A DNA stretch of 33,731 nucleotides from the NCBI GenBank assembly GCA_964632115.1, contig CAZWEB010000003.1, positions 1-33,731 of the forward strand, read 5' to 3'. A program made the translations under genes and the position numbers. The number at the start of each line of letters is the position of its first letter. Position 1 is the stretch's first letter. Origin of the DNA: Candidatus Woesearchaeota archaeon (GTDB taxonomy: Archaea; Nanobdellota; Nanobdellia; Pacearchaeales; GW2011-AR1). The notes below the pieces were generated by a model. That model was not told where the DNA came from. It was given only the letters and a program-made list of their open reading frames with translations, and made no database searches. Of this stretch, positions 1 to 9,325 are shown piece after piece.

Positions 1-114
1 ATTTTTTCAATCCTGACAATAGGCCTTTTACTAGATATATTCAACACCTGGGTAACAAATGCCAGCATATTAAAATGGTATGTTGAAAGAAAAACAAGTG
101 GAGGAGCAAGGTAG
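1..114 (+). CDS. secF: SecF-like protein-export membrane protein, C-terminal fragment (5' end outside window)
   Basis: Frame 1 is open from base 1 to TAG at 112-114. It encodes a hydrophobic tail, IFSILTIGLLLDIFNTWVTNASILKWYVERK, directly upstream of SecD. The secF-before-secD order is the usual archaeal arrangement. Confidence 0.5.
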   Translation: MFSILTIGLLLDIFNTWVTNASILKWYVERKTSGGAR

Positions 115-118
115 TAAA

Positions 119-1642
119 ATGGCAAAACTAACTTGGAAAATATGGTTATTAATGATAGCCCTGATTCTCTCTTTATTATCTATATTCAGCTTTCCTCCGA
201 CTTTTATGGAAAAAGGACTTTTAATAAGGTCTGTAGAGCAAAATTCAACTGCTTACGAGTCTGGTTTAAGACAAGGACAAAAAATAATTGTGGTAGATAG
301 CAAAACAATTAATTCAATTGAAGATTACTCTCAGGCTATGGAGAAATTTCCAACAATAGAAAAAACAAAATTAATAATACAAACAACCGATCAGGAATTT
401 ATTTTATATGTCACTGATGCTCCTAAAATAACATTATCTAAAATTCCCTCAACAAGAATAAAATTTGGCCTAGATTTGCAAGGAGGAGCAAGAGCATTAA
501 TAAAACCAGAATCAGATGTTTCATCAGCAGATATTAATGATTTAATTGCAATTACTTCTGAAAGATTAAATGTATATGGCTTGACAGACATTGTTATACG
601 CCCTGTTAGCGATTTAGAAGGAAATAATTATATGCTTGTTGAAATTGCAGGAGCAACACCTGCAGAACTTAAAGATTTAATTTCAAAACAAGGAAAATTT
701 GAAGCAAAAATCGGAAATGAAACTGTTTTTGTTGGTGGAAATAAAGATATTACTTCTGTCTGCAGAAATGATGCTAATTGCGCAGGAATTGAATCCTGTT
801 CTTCAGTAGAAGGGGGAGAATATTGCAAATTCAGGTTTGTTATTTATTTAAGTGAAGAAGCTGCTAAAAAACAGGCAGAGATTACATCTACTTTAGGGGT
901 AAATATTACAGAACAAGGAAGATATCTTGATAAAAAACTAGATTTATATCTTGATGACCAGTTCTTAGTTGATCAGTCTCTTCTTATTAGTGAGGATTTA
1001 AAAGGCAGAACAACAACTCAAATTCAAATACAAGGTTCTGGTTCCGGAGCAACAAGGCAGTTGGCATATGAAGATGCCCAGCAAAGTATGAATAAATTAC
1101 AGACAGTCTTAATAACAGGGAGCCTGCCTTACAAACTTGAAATAGTCAAGCTAGATACAATTTCTCCAATGTTAGGAGAACAATTTTTATATTCTATACT
1201 CCTAGCAGGTTTGGCAGCCATCTTTGCAGTTGCTTTGATTGTTCTTATAAGATATAGAAATATAAAATCTTCTTTGGCATTATTATTCACAAGTTTTTCA
1301 GAGGTTTTAATTATCCTGGGAATAGCCTCTTTAATTAAGTGGAATCTTGATTTGCCAAGCATAGCAGGAATTTTAGCAGTTATTGGGACAGGAGTAGACC
1401 AGCAGATAGTTATTTTAGATGAATCCAGAACAAAATTATTGAGTGTCAAAGAAAGATTAAAGAGAGCATTATTTATTGTAGTTTCAGCTTATTTTACTTC
1501 CCTCGTCTCGCTATTGCCATTATGGTGGGCAGGTGCAGGGTTGTTGAAAGGATTTGCAGTAACAACAATTATTGGAATAACTGCAGCAGTGTTAATAACA
1601 AGGCCAGCATTTGCAGATATTATTAAGAAAATTGAAGAATAA
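119..1642 (+). CDS. secD: Protein-export membrane protein SecD
   Basis: There is an N-terminal TM helix, a large extracytoplasmic domain and a C-terminal multi-TM bundle with a SecD/F-type motif, IAGILAVIGTGVDQQIVILDE. ATG 119 (MAKLTWKIW) is preferred over the track start at 80 because it clears the SecF stop and follows GGAGG at 100-104. Confidence 0.8.
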   Translation: MAKLTWKIWLLMIALILSLLSIFSFPPTFMEKGLLIRSVEQNSTAYESGLRQGQKIIVVDSKTINSIEDYSQAMEKFPTIEKTKLIIQTTDQEFILYVTDAPKITLSKIPSTRIKFGLDLQGGARALIKPESDVSSADINDLIAITSERLNVYGLTDIVIRPVSDLEGNNYMLVEIAGATPAELKDLISKQGKFEAKIGNETVFVGGNKDITSVCRNDANCAGIESCSSVEGGEYCKFRFVIYLSEEAAKKQAEITSTLGVNITEQGRYLDKKLDLYLDDQFLVDQSLLISEDLKGRTTTQIQIQGSGSGATRQLAYEDAQQSMNKLQTVLITGSLPYKLEIVKLDTISPMLGEQFLYSILLAGLAAIFAVALIVLIRYRNIKSSLALLFTSFSEVLIILGIASLIKWNLDLPSIAGILAVIGTGVDQQIVILDESRTKLLSVKERLKRALFIVVSAYFTSLVSLLPLWWAGAGLLKGFAVTTIIGITAAVLITRPAFADIIKKIEE

Positions 1643-1651
1643 ATTTTAAAG

Positions 1652-2080
1652 ATGTTACCAAAATGGCATATCCTTGCAGGAGCAATTTTTTCATTAATTT
1701 TATTTTATTTTTTCAATATTAATTATTTTGAAGCGTCTCTTGTTTTTCTCTCTTCATTTCTAATAGATGCAGATCATTATTTCTGGTGGGTCTTAAAGAA
1801 AAGAAATATCTCTTTTTCAAAAGCATATTATTGGCTTAAAAATCTTTCTAAGAACCACAAGCCGAGAGTTGATTTATTTCATACTTTTGAATTTTTAATT
1901 TTCATAGGAATTCTGTCTTATTTTTTCAAGCCTTTTTTATTTATTTTAATTGGACTATTGTTTCATTCAATAACTGATATGATTGATATGCTTCCTGAAA
2001 TCACTCACTCAAAAAAATGTGGCAGAGAATATTTTTTAATTAGATATCTGTTAACAAAAGATAAGAAGAAATATCTTTAA
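1652..2080 (+). CDS. Small integral membrane protein, possibly a membrane-bound metal-dependent hydrolase (DUF457/YdjM-like)
   Basis: The protein has 142 aa and 4-5 predicted TM helices. His/Asp motifs sit at the membrane faces (IDADHYFWW, FHSITDMIDM). The gene starts 9 nt after the secD stop. Confidence 0.4.
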   Translation: MLPKWHILAGAIFSLILFYFFNINYFEASLVFLSSFLIDADHYFWWVLKKRNISFSKAYYWLKNLSKNHKPRVDLFHTFEFLIFIGILSYFFKPFLFILIGLLFHSITDMIDMLPEITHSKKCGREYFLIRYLLTKDKKKYL

Positions 2081-2086
2081 TTTTAA

Positions 2087-3151
2087 TTAGATATTTCTTT
2101 TCAAGTCTAGATCCAAACAATCACAGCCTCTTGACTCAAGAATTGATTTTAATTTTATTCTGTCCTCTGCACTTTTGCAGACAAACTGGACGCTTCCATC
2201 TCCCCCGCTGCCAACACATTTGCCCCCGTAAATAAGGGGCTGTATTTCTTCCAATCTAAGAACTTCATGGAGTTTTGGTGCAGTTAGCTCTTCAGGGCAA
2301 TGTGGGGCAAGATATCTGTCAAATTTATCCTGAGCCTCATTCATTAAATTTCCAAGTCTTTCACTATCTCCTTCTTCTATTGCTATTGCCGCTCTTTTGA
2401 CAATATATCTATTTATAGGTCCGAGGAAATCATGCTTATCTTTTTCTTCAGGCGTAGTTGGAAATGGAAAACCTTTATTTAAATGTGCCAAAATCTTTCT
2501 TGTATTCTTTCCTTTATTTAAATCAACAACCAGCATCAGGATATCTTTTTCAAATTTTAATTCTTTAATTTCAATATCGTCTCCGTCAAATATTATTAAA
2601 ATAGGGTTTGGATAAGCACATGCCTGGTCTAATTTCCCGCATCTTGATGGTGTTTTAATTTCTCCACGATAAGCTATGTCCATTTCTCTCTTTTTTGTCC
2701 ACTCTAATCCATGCAAAAGATTAAATGCTCTTGCAGTTAAAACACAGATAGAAGCAGAAGATGAAAGCCCTTTTTTTAAAGGCAAATCGCTTTTGTAATT
2801 TTCTATTTCTATTCCTTTATTCTGTGCTAGATTATAATTACTTATTATTTCATGCACAACCCCTGCAACATAGCTAAAAATATCCCCTTTTTGAGCAACT
2901 CCTAGTAGAATATCTTCTCTGAATGGTGTTTCAAAAATATTCTCTGAAATAGTTGATTTAAATTTGAAAAGCGGATCTCCTATTAATCTCGCTCTTGCAT
3001 AAGTTCCCTGATTTGTTGGAGCAACAATAGCATATCCTTTTCCAATTTCAGAATTCTGCCTTCTATGCCCTCCTGCCCAATCAGAATGCTCTCCAAAAAG
3101 GCATAATCTCCCAGGAACAAATAACTCTATTTCATTTACATCTCTTTCCAT
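2087..3151 (-). CDS. GHMP-family sugar kinase (galactokinase-like or heptose-phosphate-kinase-like)
   Basis: A galactokinase-like N-terminal signature is present (PGRLCLFGEHSDWAGG). The GHMP ATP-binding motif II is present (PLKKGLSSSASICV). A C-terminal GGGxG-like segment is present (GSGGDGS). Confidence 0.75.
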   Translation of the reverse strand: MERDVNEIELFVPGRLCLFGEHSDWAGGHRRQNSEIGKGYAIVAPTNQGTYARARLIGDPLFKFKSTISENIFETPFREDILLGVAQKGDIFSYVAGVVHEIISNYNLAQNKGIEIENYKSDLPLKKGLSSSASICVLTARAFNLLHGLEWTKKREMDIAYRGEIKTPSRCGKLDQACAYPNPILIIFDGDDIEIKELKFEKDILMLVVDLNKGKNTRKILAHLNKGFPFPTTPEEKDKHDFLGPINRYIVKRAAIAIEEGDSERLGNLMNEAQDKFDRYLAPHCPEELTAPKLHEVLRLEEIQPLIYGGKCVGSGGDGSVQFVCKSAEDRIKLKSILESRGCDCLDLDLKRNI

Positions 3152-3172
3152 TATTCTATCTGAAATTCCTGG

Positions 3173-3180
3173 TTTTAAAT
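3173..3180 (-). promoter_or_regulatory. Candidate archaeal TATA box for the GHMP kinase gene
   Basis: The minus strand reads CTATTTAAAACC. The box is centred 25.5 nt upstream of ATG 3151. Confidence 0.4.
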
Positions 3181-3222
3181 AGATTTTTGTTCTCTATTAT
3201 AATATATAACTATGTAAAAAAC

Positions 3223-3230
3223 TTAATAAA
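3223..3230 (+). promoter_or_regulatory. Candidate archaeal TATA box for the GT-C glycosyltransferase gene
   Basis: TTAATAAA is centred 25.5 nt upstream of ATG 3252. Confidence 0.4.
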
Positions 3231-3251
3231 CCTCTATTCTTGTTAATTACA

Positions 3252-5039
3252 ATGGAAGAAATTGAAAAAGAAGGTAAAGGAATTTTAGATAAAATAGTAG
3301 ATTTTTTCTTTTCAAACGACAATAGGAAATGGTTAATTCCAATTTTAATAATTGCAATAATCCTAAGAATCATTGTAATTAGCCATGTTGCTCCTGTTGC
3401 AGATGAGGTAGTTCATGGAACACACGCAATAAATATCATCAGTTCGGGAGTAATAAACGAGCAGAATCAGTGCCCTGTTTGGTTTTATCTAACTGATATG
3501 TCTTATATGATATTTGGAATAAATGCTTTTGCAGGAAGATTTCTTTCATTTTTCTTTGGAATTTTAACAATTCCTTTAATTTTTTTAATCTCTAAAAAAT
3601 TTTTTAATGAGAAAATAGCAGTGATTGCTGCATTTTTGCTGGCTATTTCAGCATATCATATAAATTATGCTTTAATGGAGATGGATGAAGCAATGATTTT
3701 TTTTATCTTATTTTCATTTTATTTTTTTATCAATGCTATAGGGAAAAAACAAATCTCTTATCTTTCAGTTATTTTAATGGCAGTAGCGGTTTTAATTAAA
3801 CCAATTGCCCTGACTTTTATTCCTGTATTTGCACTTTATTTTATCTTTATTTTATATAAGCAAACTCCTGAAAATAGAAAAAATATTCTGAAAAAAAACA
3901 CTTCTAGAATTCTCATCGGAGGGATTGTATTTCTGCTTTTTATGACTCCAGTTTTAGCATATAATTATATTCTTTATGAACAAAAAGGAATTGTTGATGT
4001 TCTATTTGCAAGATTTCTTAATATTAATAGAGAAATTTATTCTGGATTGCAGGGTTATGATAAGGGATTCTCCATCCAGGAGATTTATACCCAGGGAGTT
4101 CCATTAATTTTAAAAGGTTCTTTTTTTAAACTAGATCCCGCAATCTCTATTTTAGCTATTCTTGGATTTATTTTAGTTTTTATAAATAAAAAGTATCATC
4201 CTGCAAGATTTTTTATTTTGTTCCATATAATTACATTTATATTTTTAATGGGTTCTGCGCAAATGCAGACACATTTTGTTATATTTATGCCTCTGGTAAC
4301 TCTTGCTTCCTCGGCGTTCATATGCTTTGCCTCAGAAAAATTTTCAAATAAAATAAGTCCTAAAAAACTTATTTTTATATTATTAATACTGATTTTTGCA
4401 ATAAATTTATTTATTTTATTTCCATTTATAAAAAGCAAATCTGCAGTTTTTCAAGCAAGAGATTATGCTGTATCTAATATTGGGGAAAAAGATATTGTTG
4501 TTGCTGATGCTAGAATTTACCGCGGCAGAATTGCCTGGATGTTTAATGACAAACCCTATCTAGAATCTTCATACTTTCCGAGTCTTATTGAATTAGACAG
4601 AAATATCTCGGGAAGTAAAATTCCTATTACGGTTTATTTTATTGAGTGCGCTGTAGATGATTGCGGGTGGGGGACAATAGGCTCTCAGCCTGATTTTAAT
4701 GCTTCTGTTGAGCAATTAGCAGATTTATTTAAGACAAGTGCTTCACAGGAAAAAATAATTTATGGCGGCGGGGCTTATGAAGATGAAAAACAGCCATATT
4801 TTATAGTTTATAAAACAACAATAGGATTTTCATCATCTATTTACAAGTACATATCTGACACTCATGATTGGTTTTATTACCCTGTGCGTTGGGCTAAAAA
4901 TGACTGGTATGACAAATATTCTCCGCAGGGAATTTTTCAGATAACTTTTAACTCTTTTGGAAAATTATTTTTATGGATAGCAATAATTCTTGCTATTCTT
5001 TCTCCTATTCTATTAATCACAGAGTTAATTAAAAAATAA
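3252..5039 (+). CDS. GT-C fold glycosyltransferase, ArnT / dolichyl-phosphate-mannose protein mannosyltransferase (GT39/PMT_2)-like
   Basis: The protein is about 595 aa with more than 10 TM helices and an acidic first-loop motif (VAPVADEVVHG) typical of ArnT/PMT-type GT-C enzymes. It has a soluble C-terminal domain. ATG 3252 is preferred over TTG 3240. Confidence 0.65.
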   Translation: MEEIEKEGKGILDKIVDFFFSNDNRKWLIPILIIAIILRIIVISHVAPVADEVVHGTHAINIISSGVINEQNQCPVWFYLTDMSYMIFGINAFAGRFLSFFFGILTIPLIFLISKKFFNEKIAVIAAFLLAISAYHINYALMEMDEAMIFFILFSFYFFINAIGKKQISYLSVILMAVAVLIKPIALTFIPVFALYFIFILYKQTPENRKNILKKNTSRILIGGIVFLLFMTPVLAYNYILYEQKGIVDVLFARFLNINREIYSGLQGYDKGFSIQEIYTQGVPLILKGSFFKLDPAISILAILGFILVFINKKYHPARFFILFHIITFIFLMGSAQMQTHFVIFMPLVTLASSAFICFASEKFSNKISPKKLIFILLILIFAINLFILFPFIKSKSAVFQARDYAVSNIGEKDIVVADARIYRGRIAWMFNDKPYLESSYFPSLIELDRNISGSKIPITVYFIECAVDDCGWGTIGSQPDFNASVEQLADLFKTSASQEKIIYGGGAYEDEKQPYFIVYKTTIGFSSSIYKYISDTHDWFYYPVRWAKNDWYDKYSPQGIFQITFNSFGKLFLWIAIILAILSPILLITELIKK

Positions 5040-5053
5040 AATCCGATTTGAAA

Positions 5054-5782
5054 ATGGAAGTAGAAGAATTTGAGAAAACAAAGATATCTGTAGTTATACC
5101 TGTTTATAACGAGAAAAATACACTCTTGGAGATACTAAGGAGAGTAAAGGAAGTGAATATTCCCAAAGAGATTATTCTGGTTGATGATTTTTCAACAGAT
5201 GGAACCAGAGATGTTCTAAAACAGATTAATGAAGAGAACATAAAAGTAATCTTTCAGCCAAGAAATTTTGGAAAAGGATTTGCTCTAAGAACTGGATTTA
5301 AACAGGTTACAGGAGACATTGTTATTATTCAAGATGCTGACTTAGAATATGATCCAAATGATTATTATAATCTTATTCAGCCAATTATTAATGGAAAAGC
5401 AGATATTGTTTATGGAACCCGTTTTCCAAGAAAAAAAGGGCATCCTAATTTGTTGTATCCTTATATCTCCCTTTTTAATCCTTTTTATTTTGCAAACAAA
5501 ATTCTTACAATTATGGCAAATTTTCTCTACAGAACAGATATCACAGACGAGCCCACTTGTTATAAGGTCTTCAAAACAGAAATTCTTAGAGATATAAATT
5601 TAAAATGCATGAGATTTGAATTTTGTCCTGAAGTTACTGCAAAAGTCAGAAAAAAAGGATATAAGATTCATGAGGTTCCGATTGAATATAATCCAAGAAG
5701 TATAAAAGAAGGCAAAAAAATAAATTGGAAAGATGGAATAGAAGCTATTTGGACATTAATTAAATACAGATTTAATGATTAA
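5054..5782 (+). CDS. Family 2 glycosyltransferase (dolichol/polyprenol-phosphate sugar synthase-like)
   Basis: GT-A motifs are present: SVVIPVYNE, VDDFSTDGT and the DxD-type segment IIQDADLEYD. ATG 5054 is preferred over TTG 5048. Confidence 0.85.
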   Translation: MEVEEFEKTKISVVIPVYNEKNTLLEILRRVKEVNIPKEIILVDDFSTDGTRDVLKQINEENIKVIFQPRNFGKGFALRTGFKQVTGDIVIIQDADLEYDPNDYYNLIQPIINGKADIVYGTRFPRKKGHPNLLYPYISLFNPFYFANKILTIMANFLYRTDITDEPTCYKVFKTEILRDINLKCMRFEFCPEVTAKVRKKGYKIHEVPIEYNPRSIKEGKKINWKDGIEAIWTLIKYRFND

Positions 5783-5790
5783 AAATTAAA

Positions 5791-6300
5791 ATGGGAAAAT
5801 TTGACAGATTTATTCAGGACAGAATTTTGAGAAAAATAAGGCTACGAGCAGCTCTGAAAATCATAAACAAGCTTCAGCCAGGAACAATTCTAGATATAGG
5901 ATGTATGGATGATTACTTATTAAAAAAACTCCCAAAGAAATTTGATTATACTGGAATAGACTCAGAACCATTATGTGAAAATCCCAAAATCCAAAAAAAG
6001 AAAATTGAAGATCTTGTAAAAGAAAAAAAGAAATATGATCTTGTTCTGTGCACAGAGGTTCTTGAGCATCTTGATAATCCTGTTGAAGCCATAGAAAAGA
6101 TGAAAAAACTTTCAACAAAGTTTATATTAATTTCTGTTCCAAATGAACCTTTTTTTTCAATCGCGAGGCTGTTTGTTCCAGCAAAAGAGCATCTTTGGAC
6201 AATTTTCCCATGGACTTTAGAAAAACATTTAGGCAAGCCAGTTTTAAAGAAAAAAGCCTGTTTTAACAGGACATATATTGCTCTATGGAAAAAAGAATAA
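5791..6300 (+). CDS. Small class I SAM-dependent methyltransferase-like protein
   Basis: Rossmann methyltransferase order is kept: motif I region ILDIGCMDD, post-I YTGIDSE, motif II DLVLCTEVLEHL, motif III FILISVPN. Motif I lacks the usual GxGxG glycines. Confidence 0.55.
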   Translation: MGKFDRFIQDRILRKIRLRAALKIINKLQPGTILDIGCMDDYLLKKLPKKFDYTGIDSEPLCENPKIQKKKIEDLVKEKKKYDLVLCTEVLEHLDNPVEAIEKMKKLSTKFILISVPNEPFFSIARLFVPAKEHLWTIFPWTLEKHLGKPVLKKKACFNRTYIALWKKE

Positions 6301-6324
6301 ATATCTAACTCCACCTCATAAATC

Positions 6325-6332
6325 TTTAAATA
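6325..6332 (+). promoter_or_regulatory. Candidate archaeal TATA box for the class B radical SAM gene at 6355
   Basis: The sequence is AATCTTTAAATATA. The box is centred 26.5 nt upstream of the ATG. Confidence 0.45.
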
Positions 6333-6354
6333 TATTCTTTTTTATCAAACATCT

Positions 6355-7770
6355 ATGGAAGACAAAAGGGTAAAAAAGGTATTATTAATGAATATGCCCT
6401 CTACTATAAAGGTTTATGGCAAATCAGCTCTAAAAGGCATAATTGCTCCAAGACCCTTTGTTTCAATGGCAGAACTAGCTGCTTCTATTCTTGCTGCAAG
6501 TGCAGATTGCAAAATTCTTGACTTGCAGATTTCAGAAAAACCATATCAAGAGATAGTTGAAACAATAGATAATTACAAGCCCGATTTTATTGGGATAACA
6601 TTTACAACTCTTTTATTTGAAGAAGCAGAAAAAATTTCAAAATTTATAAAGGAAAAATATCCTAAAATAACAATAATCGCAGGAGGAGTTCACTCATCAA
6701 TCTATCCAGAGGAAGTAGCAAAAAGCCCATTTATAGATATTGTTGTTTATGGAGAAGGAGATGTGACTCTTCAGGAAATTGCTAAAGGAGTTCCTCTTAA
6801 AAATATAAAAGGAATTGTTTACAAAACTGCTGCAGGAATAATTAAAAAAAATCTTGCAAGAGAATTAATTCAAGATTTAGATTCTTTACCTATGCCTGCC
6901 TGGCATTTATTCAATCCAAGTATTTACATGAATCCAAAGGCAATTGCAAAAGAATCTCCTGTAGGAACAATAGGAACCTCTAGGGGATGTGTTTATGGTT
7001 GTGTCTATTGTAATAAATCTGTTTTTGGAAGAAAATTCAGGGCAAAATCTGTTAAAAGAGTCGTTGATGAATTTGAATTATTGAAAAAATCCGGTTTTAA
7101 TGAAGTTCATGTGTGGGATGATATGTTTGCCACTGACTTAAACAGGGCCAAAGAAATCTGTCTTGAGATAATTAAAAGAAATTTAAATCTAACATGGCAA
7201 TTAGAGTGTGGTGTCAGAGTTAATTCAGTAGATTTAGAGTTTTTTAAGCTTGCTAAAAAAGCAGGTTGTTACAAAGTTGCTTTTGGTTTTGAATCTGGAA
7301 ATGATTATATTCTAAAAACAATAAATAAAGGGGCAACAACCGAACAGGCAAGAAATGCAGTTAAATGGGCTAAAGAAGCAGGTATGGAAACATCTGGTTT
7401 CTTCATGCTAGGCTTGCCAGAAGATACAATTGAAACAATGGAACAAACAATTGATTTTGCATGTTCTTTGGATTTAGATTATGCAAAAGCAACTATCCTT
7501 GTACCTTTGCCATCTACACCTATTTTTGAAGAATTTGAGAAAAAAGGACTTTTAAAAACAAAAGACTGGACAAAATATAATTTTCATACTGCTTCAAAAG
7601 TATATGATCATCCCCATTTAGACTGGGAAACTTTAGAAGGGTATTATAATAAATTCCATAAAAGATTCTATTTCCGTCCAAGTTACATGATTAAGAGGCT
7701 TATAAAAAGCATAAAAAAAGGAGAGCTTATAGATAACATGAAAACAGCATTTAATACATTTGTAAAATAA
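6355..7770 (+). CDS. Cobalamin-binding (class B) radical SAM enzyme
   Basis: The N-terminal B12-binding-domain signatures are KVLLMNMP, IIAGGVHSS and VYGEGDVT. These are followed by SRGCVYGCVYC (CxxxCxxC) and FGFESG. Confidence 0.85.
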   Translation: MEDKRVKKVLLMNMPSTIKVYGKSALKGIIAPRPFVSMAELAASILAASADCKILDLQISEKPYQEIVETIDNYKPDFIGITFTTLLFEEAEKISKFIKEKYPKITIIAGGVHSSIYPEEVAKSPFIDIVVYGEGDVTLQEIAKGVPLKNIKGIVYKTAAGIIKKNLARELIQDLDSLPMPAWHLFNPSIYMNPKAIAKESPVGTIGTSRGCVYGCVYCNKSVFGRKFRAKSVKRVVDEFELLKKSGFNEVHVWDDMFATDLNRAKEICLEIIKRNLNLTWQLECGVRVNSVDLEFFKLAKKAGCYKVAFGFESGNDYILKTINKGATTEQARNAVKWAKEAGMETSGFFMLGLPEDTIETMEQTIDFACSLDLDYAKATILVPLPSTPIFEEFEKKGLLKTKDWTKYNFHTASKVYDHPHLDWETLEGYYNKFHKRFYFRPSYMIKRLIKSIKKGELIDNMKTAFNTFVK

Positions 7771-7955
7771 AAAATTTAAGTAACTAAATAAAATGCAAGA
7801 ACAAACAAAATGCAAAAACCAACAAAATTAATACAACCCTATATAAACTTGTTAATTAGAAATCTAAAATATTCTAGTTATGGTATTGTTAATTCAAGAG
7901 GATTATCTAAATTAAATATTGAGGGAAGAAATTTGTCATTCTTGCCATTAATATA

Positions 7956-9308
7956 ATGGAAAAACAAAAAACAATAATAATCTTAGGCGCAGGAATAACA
8001 GGCCTAGTTTCTGCATATTATCTCTCTCAAAAATATAAAGTTATTCTCATAGAAAAAGAGAAAAATATTGGAGGCATGTCTTATTCTCTTAATTATGAGA
8101 ACTTTATTTTAGATTATGGTCCTCATAAGATTTATACACAGTTGCCAGGAATTCTTGAGGAAATTGAACATGTGCAGAGTTTAATAAGAATAAAAAAGAA
8201 AAATTCAATCTATCTTCAAGAAAGTTATTTTGACTTCCCATTAAGTATAAAACAGGTTGCAACAAAAATGCCTTCAAAAGCATTTAGTGCTGGTTTGGAT
8301 ATAGTATTTAAATCTTTTAAAAAACTTCCAGAGGATTCTTATGAAAATTTCTTAAAAAACAGATTTGGAAAAACCCTTTATAATTTATCTTTCAGAGATT
8401 ATGCTGAAAAAATTTGGAAGTCTAATCCAAAAGAATTAGATGCAGAATTAGCAAAAAGAAGAATTGCAATCTCAAATATTTTTGAATTAATAAAAAGTGT
8501 TTTATTCAAAGACACCGAAAAAATAAGCGCAGATTTTTTTTATTATGCCTCCAAGGGCTCTAAACAATTAATTGATTCACTTGCACAAAAAATAAAAGAA
8601 AACCAAGGTGAAATAATCTTAAATAAACCAATTCAGGAAATAAACACTGATAAAAACAAGATAATTTCAGTGAGAATTAATGGAAAAACAATAAAATCTG
8701 ATTTTGTGCTTTCTACAATCCCTCTGCAGGATTTAATCTTGCTGCTAAAACCAAAAACAACAGAAGACATAAAAAATGCAGCTTCAGAACTAAGATATAC
8801 TGACACAAAAATAATTTATTTTATATTAAACAAGCCCAGAATCTCAGAAAATAACTGGATTTTCTTTCCTGAAAAAAATTTCTTGTTTCATAGAATAAGC
8901 GAGCAAAAATCATTCTCCCCAGAGACTTGCCCAGAAAATAAAACAGCCTTAATGGTAGAAACAACAGCTGAGTTAACAAAAGAAAATATTGAACTACTAA
9001 AAAAACAATTGGTTGACTTGAATTTATTTCAAGAGCAAGATATTGAAAAAATATTTATAAAGCAACTGAAAAAAGCATACCCTCTTTATAAAATAGGTTT
9101 TAAAGAAAATCTTAACAAAGTATTAGATTATCTCGATACACTAGAGAATTTTCTTACTATTGGAAGACACGGACTTTTTAATTATAACAATATGGATCAA
9201 TGCTGGGATATGGCAAAAAAAGCAGCAGAACATATAACTGCTAAAGGAACAAAAGAACGGTGGGAAGAATTGAGAAAGGAATTTGATAACTATAAGATTG
9301 TTGATTAA
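7956..9308 (+). CDS. FAD/NAD(P)-binding oxidoreductase (amine-oxidase / protoporphyrinogen-oxidase / UDP-galactopyranose-mutase-like fold)
   Basis: An N-terminal dinucleotide fold is present (IIILGAGITGLVSAYYL ... IEKEKNIGG). The C-terminal motif is TIGRHGLFNYNNMDQ. Confidence 0.7.
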   Translation: MEKQKTIIILGAGITGLVSAYYLSQKYKVILIEKEKNIGGMSYSLNYENFILDYGPHKIYTQLPGILEEIEHVQSLIRIKKKNSIYLQESYFDFPLSIKQVATKMPSKAFSAGLDIVFKSFKKLPEDSYENFLKNRFGKTLYNLSFRDYAEKIWKSNPKELDAELAKRRIAISNIFELIKSVLFKDTEKISADFFYYASKGSKQLIDSLAQKIKENQGEIILNKPIQEINTDKNKIISVRINGKTIKSDFVLSTIPLQDLILLLKPKTTEDIKNAASELRYTDTKIIYFILNKPRISENNWIFFPEKNFLFHRISEQKSFSPETCPENKTALMVETTAELTKENIELLKKQLVDLNLFQEQDIEKIFIKQLKKAYPLYKIGFKENLNKVLDYLDTLENFLTIGRHGLFNYNNMDQCWDMAKKAAEHITAKGTKERWEELRKEFDNYKIVD

Positions 9309-9325
9309 ACAGATTTAAAATTAAA

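Noticed and set aside
7793-7831. A tiny ORF, MQEQTKCKNQQN (12 aa), and a repeated AAAATGCAA motif (7790-7798, 7807-7815) lie in the 185-bp gap after the first class B radical SAM gene. I considered it as a possible RiPP precursor.
   Set aside because: It is too short and has no SD or TATA at a sensible distance. There is no leader/core organisation and no peptidase, transporter or RiPP recognition element nearby. All surrounding genes point to glycan/phosphonate chemistry. The RiPP reading of the radical SAM array was dropped.
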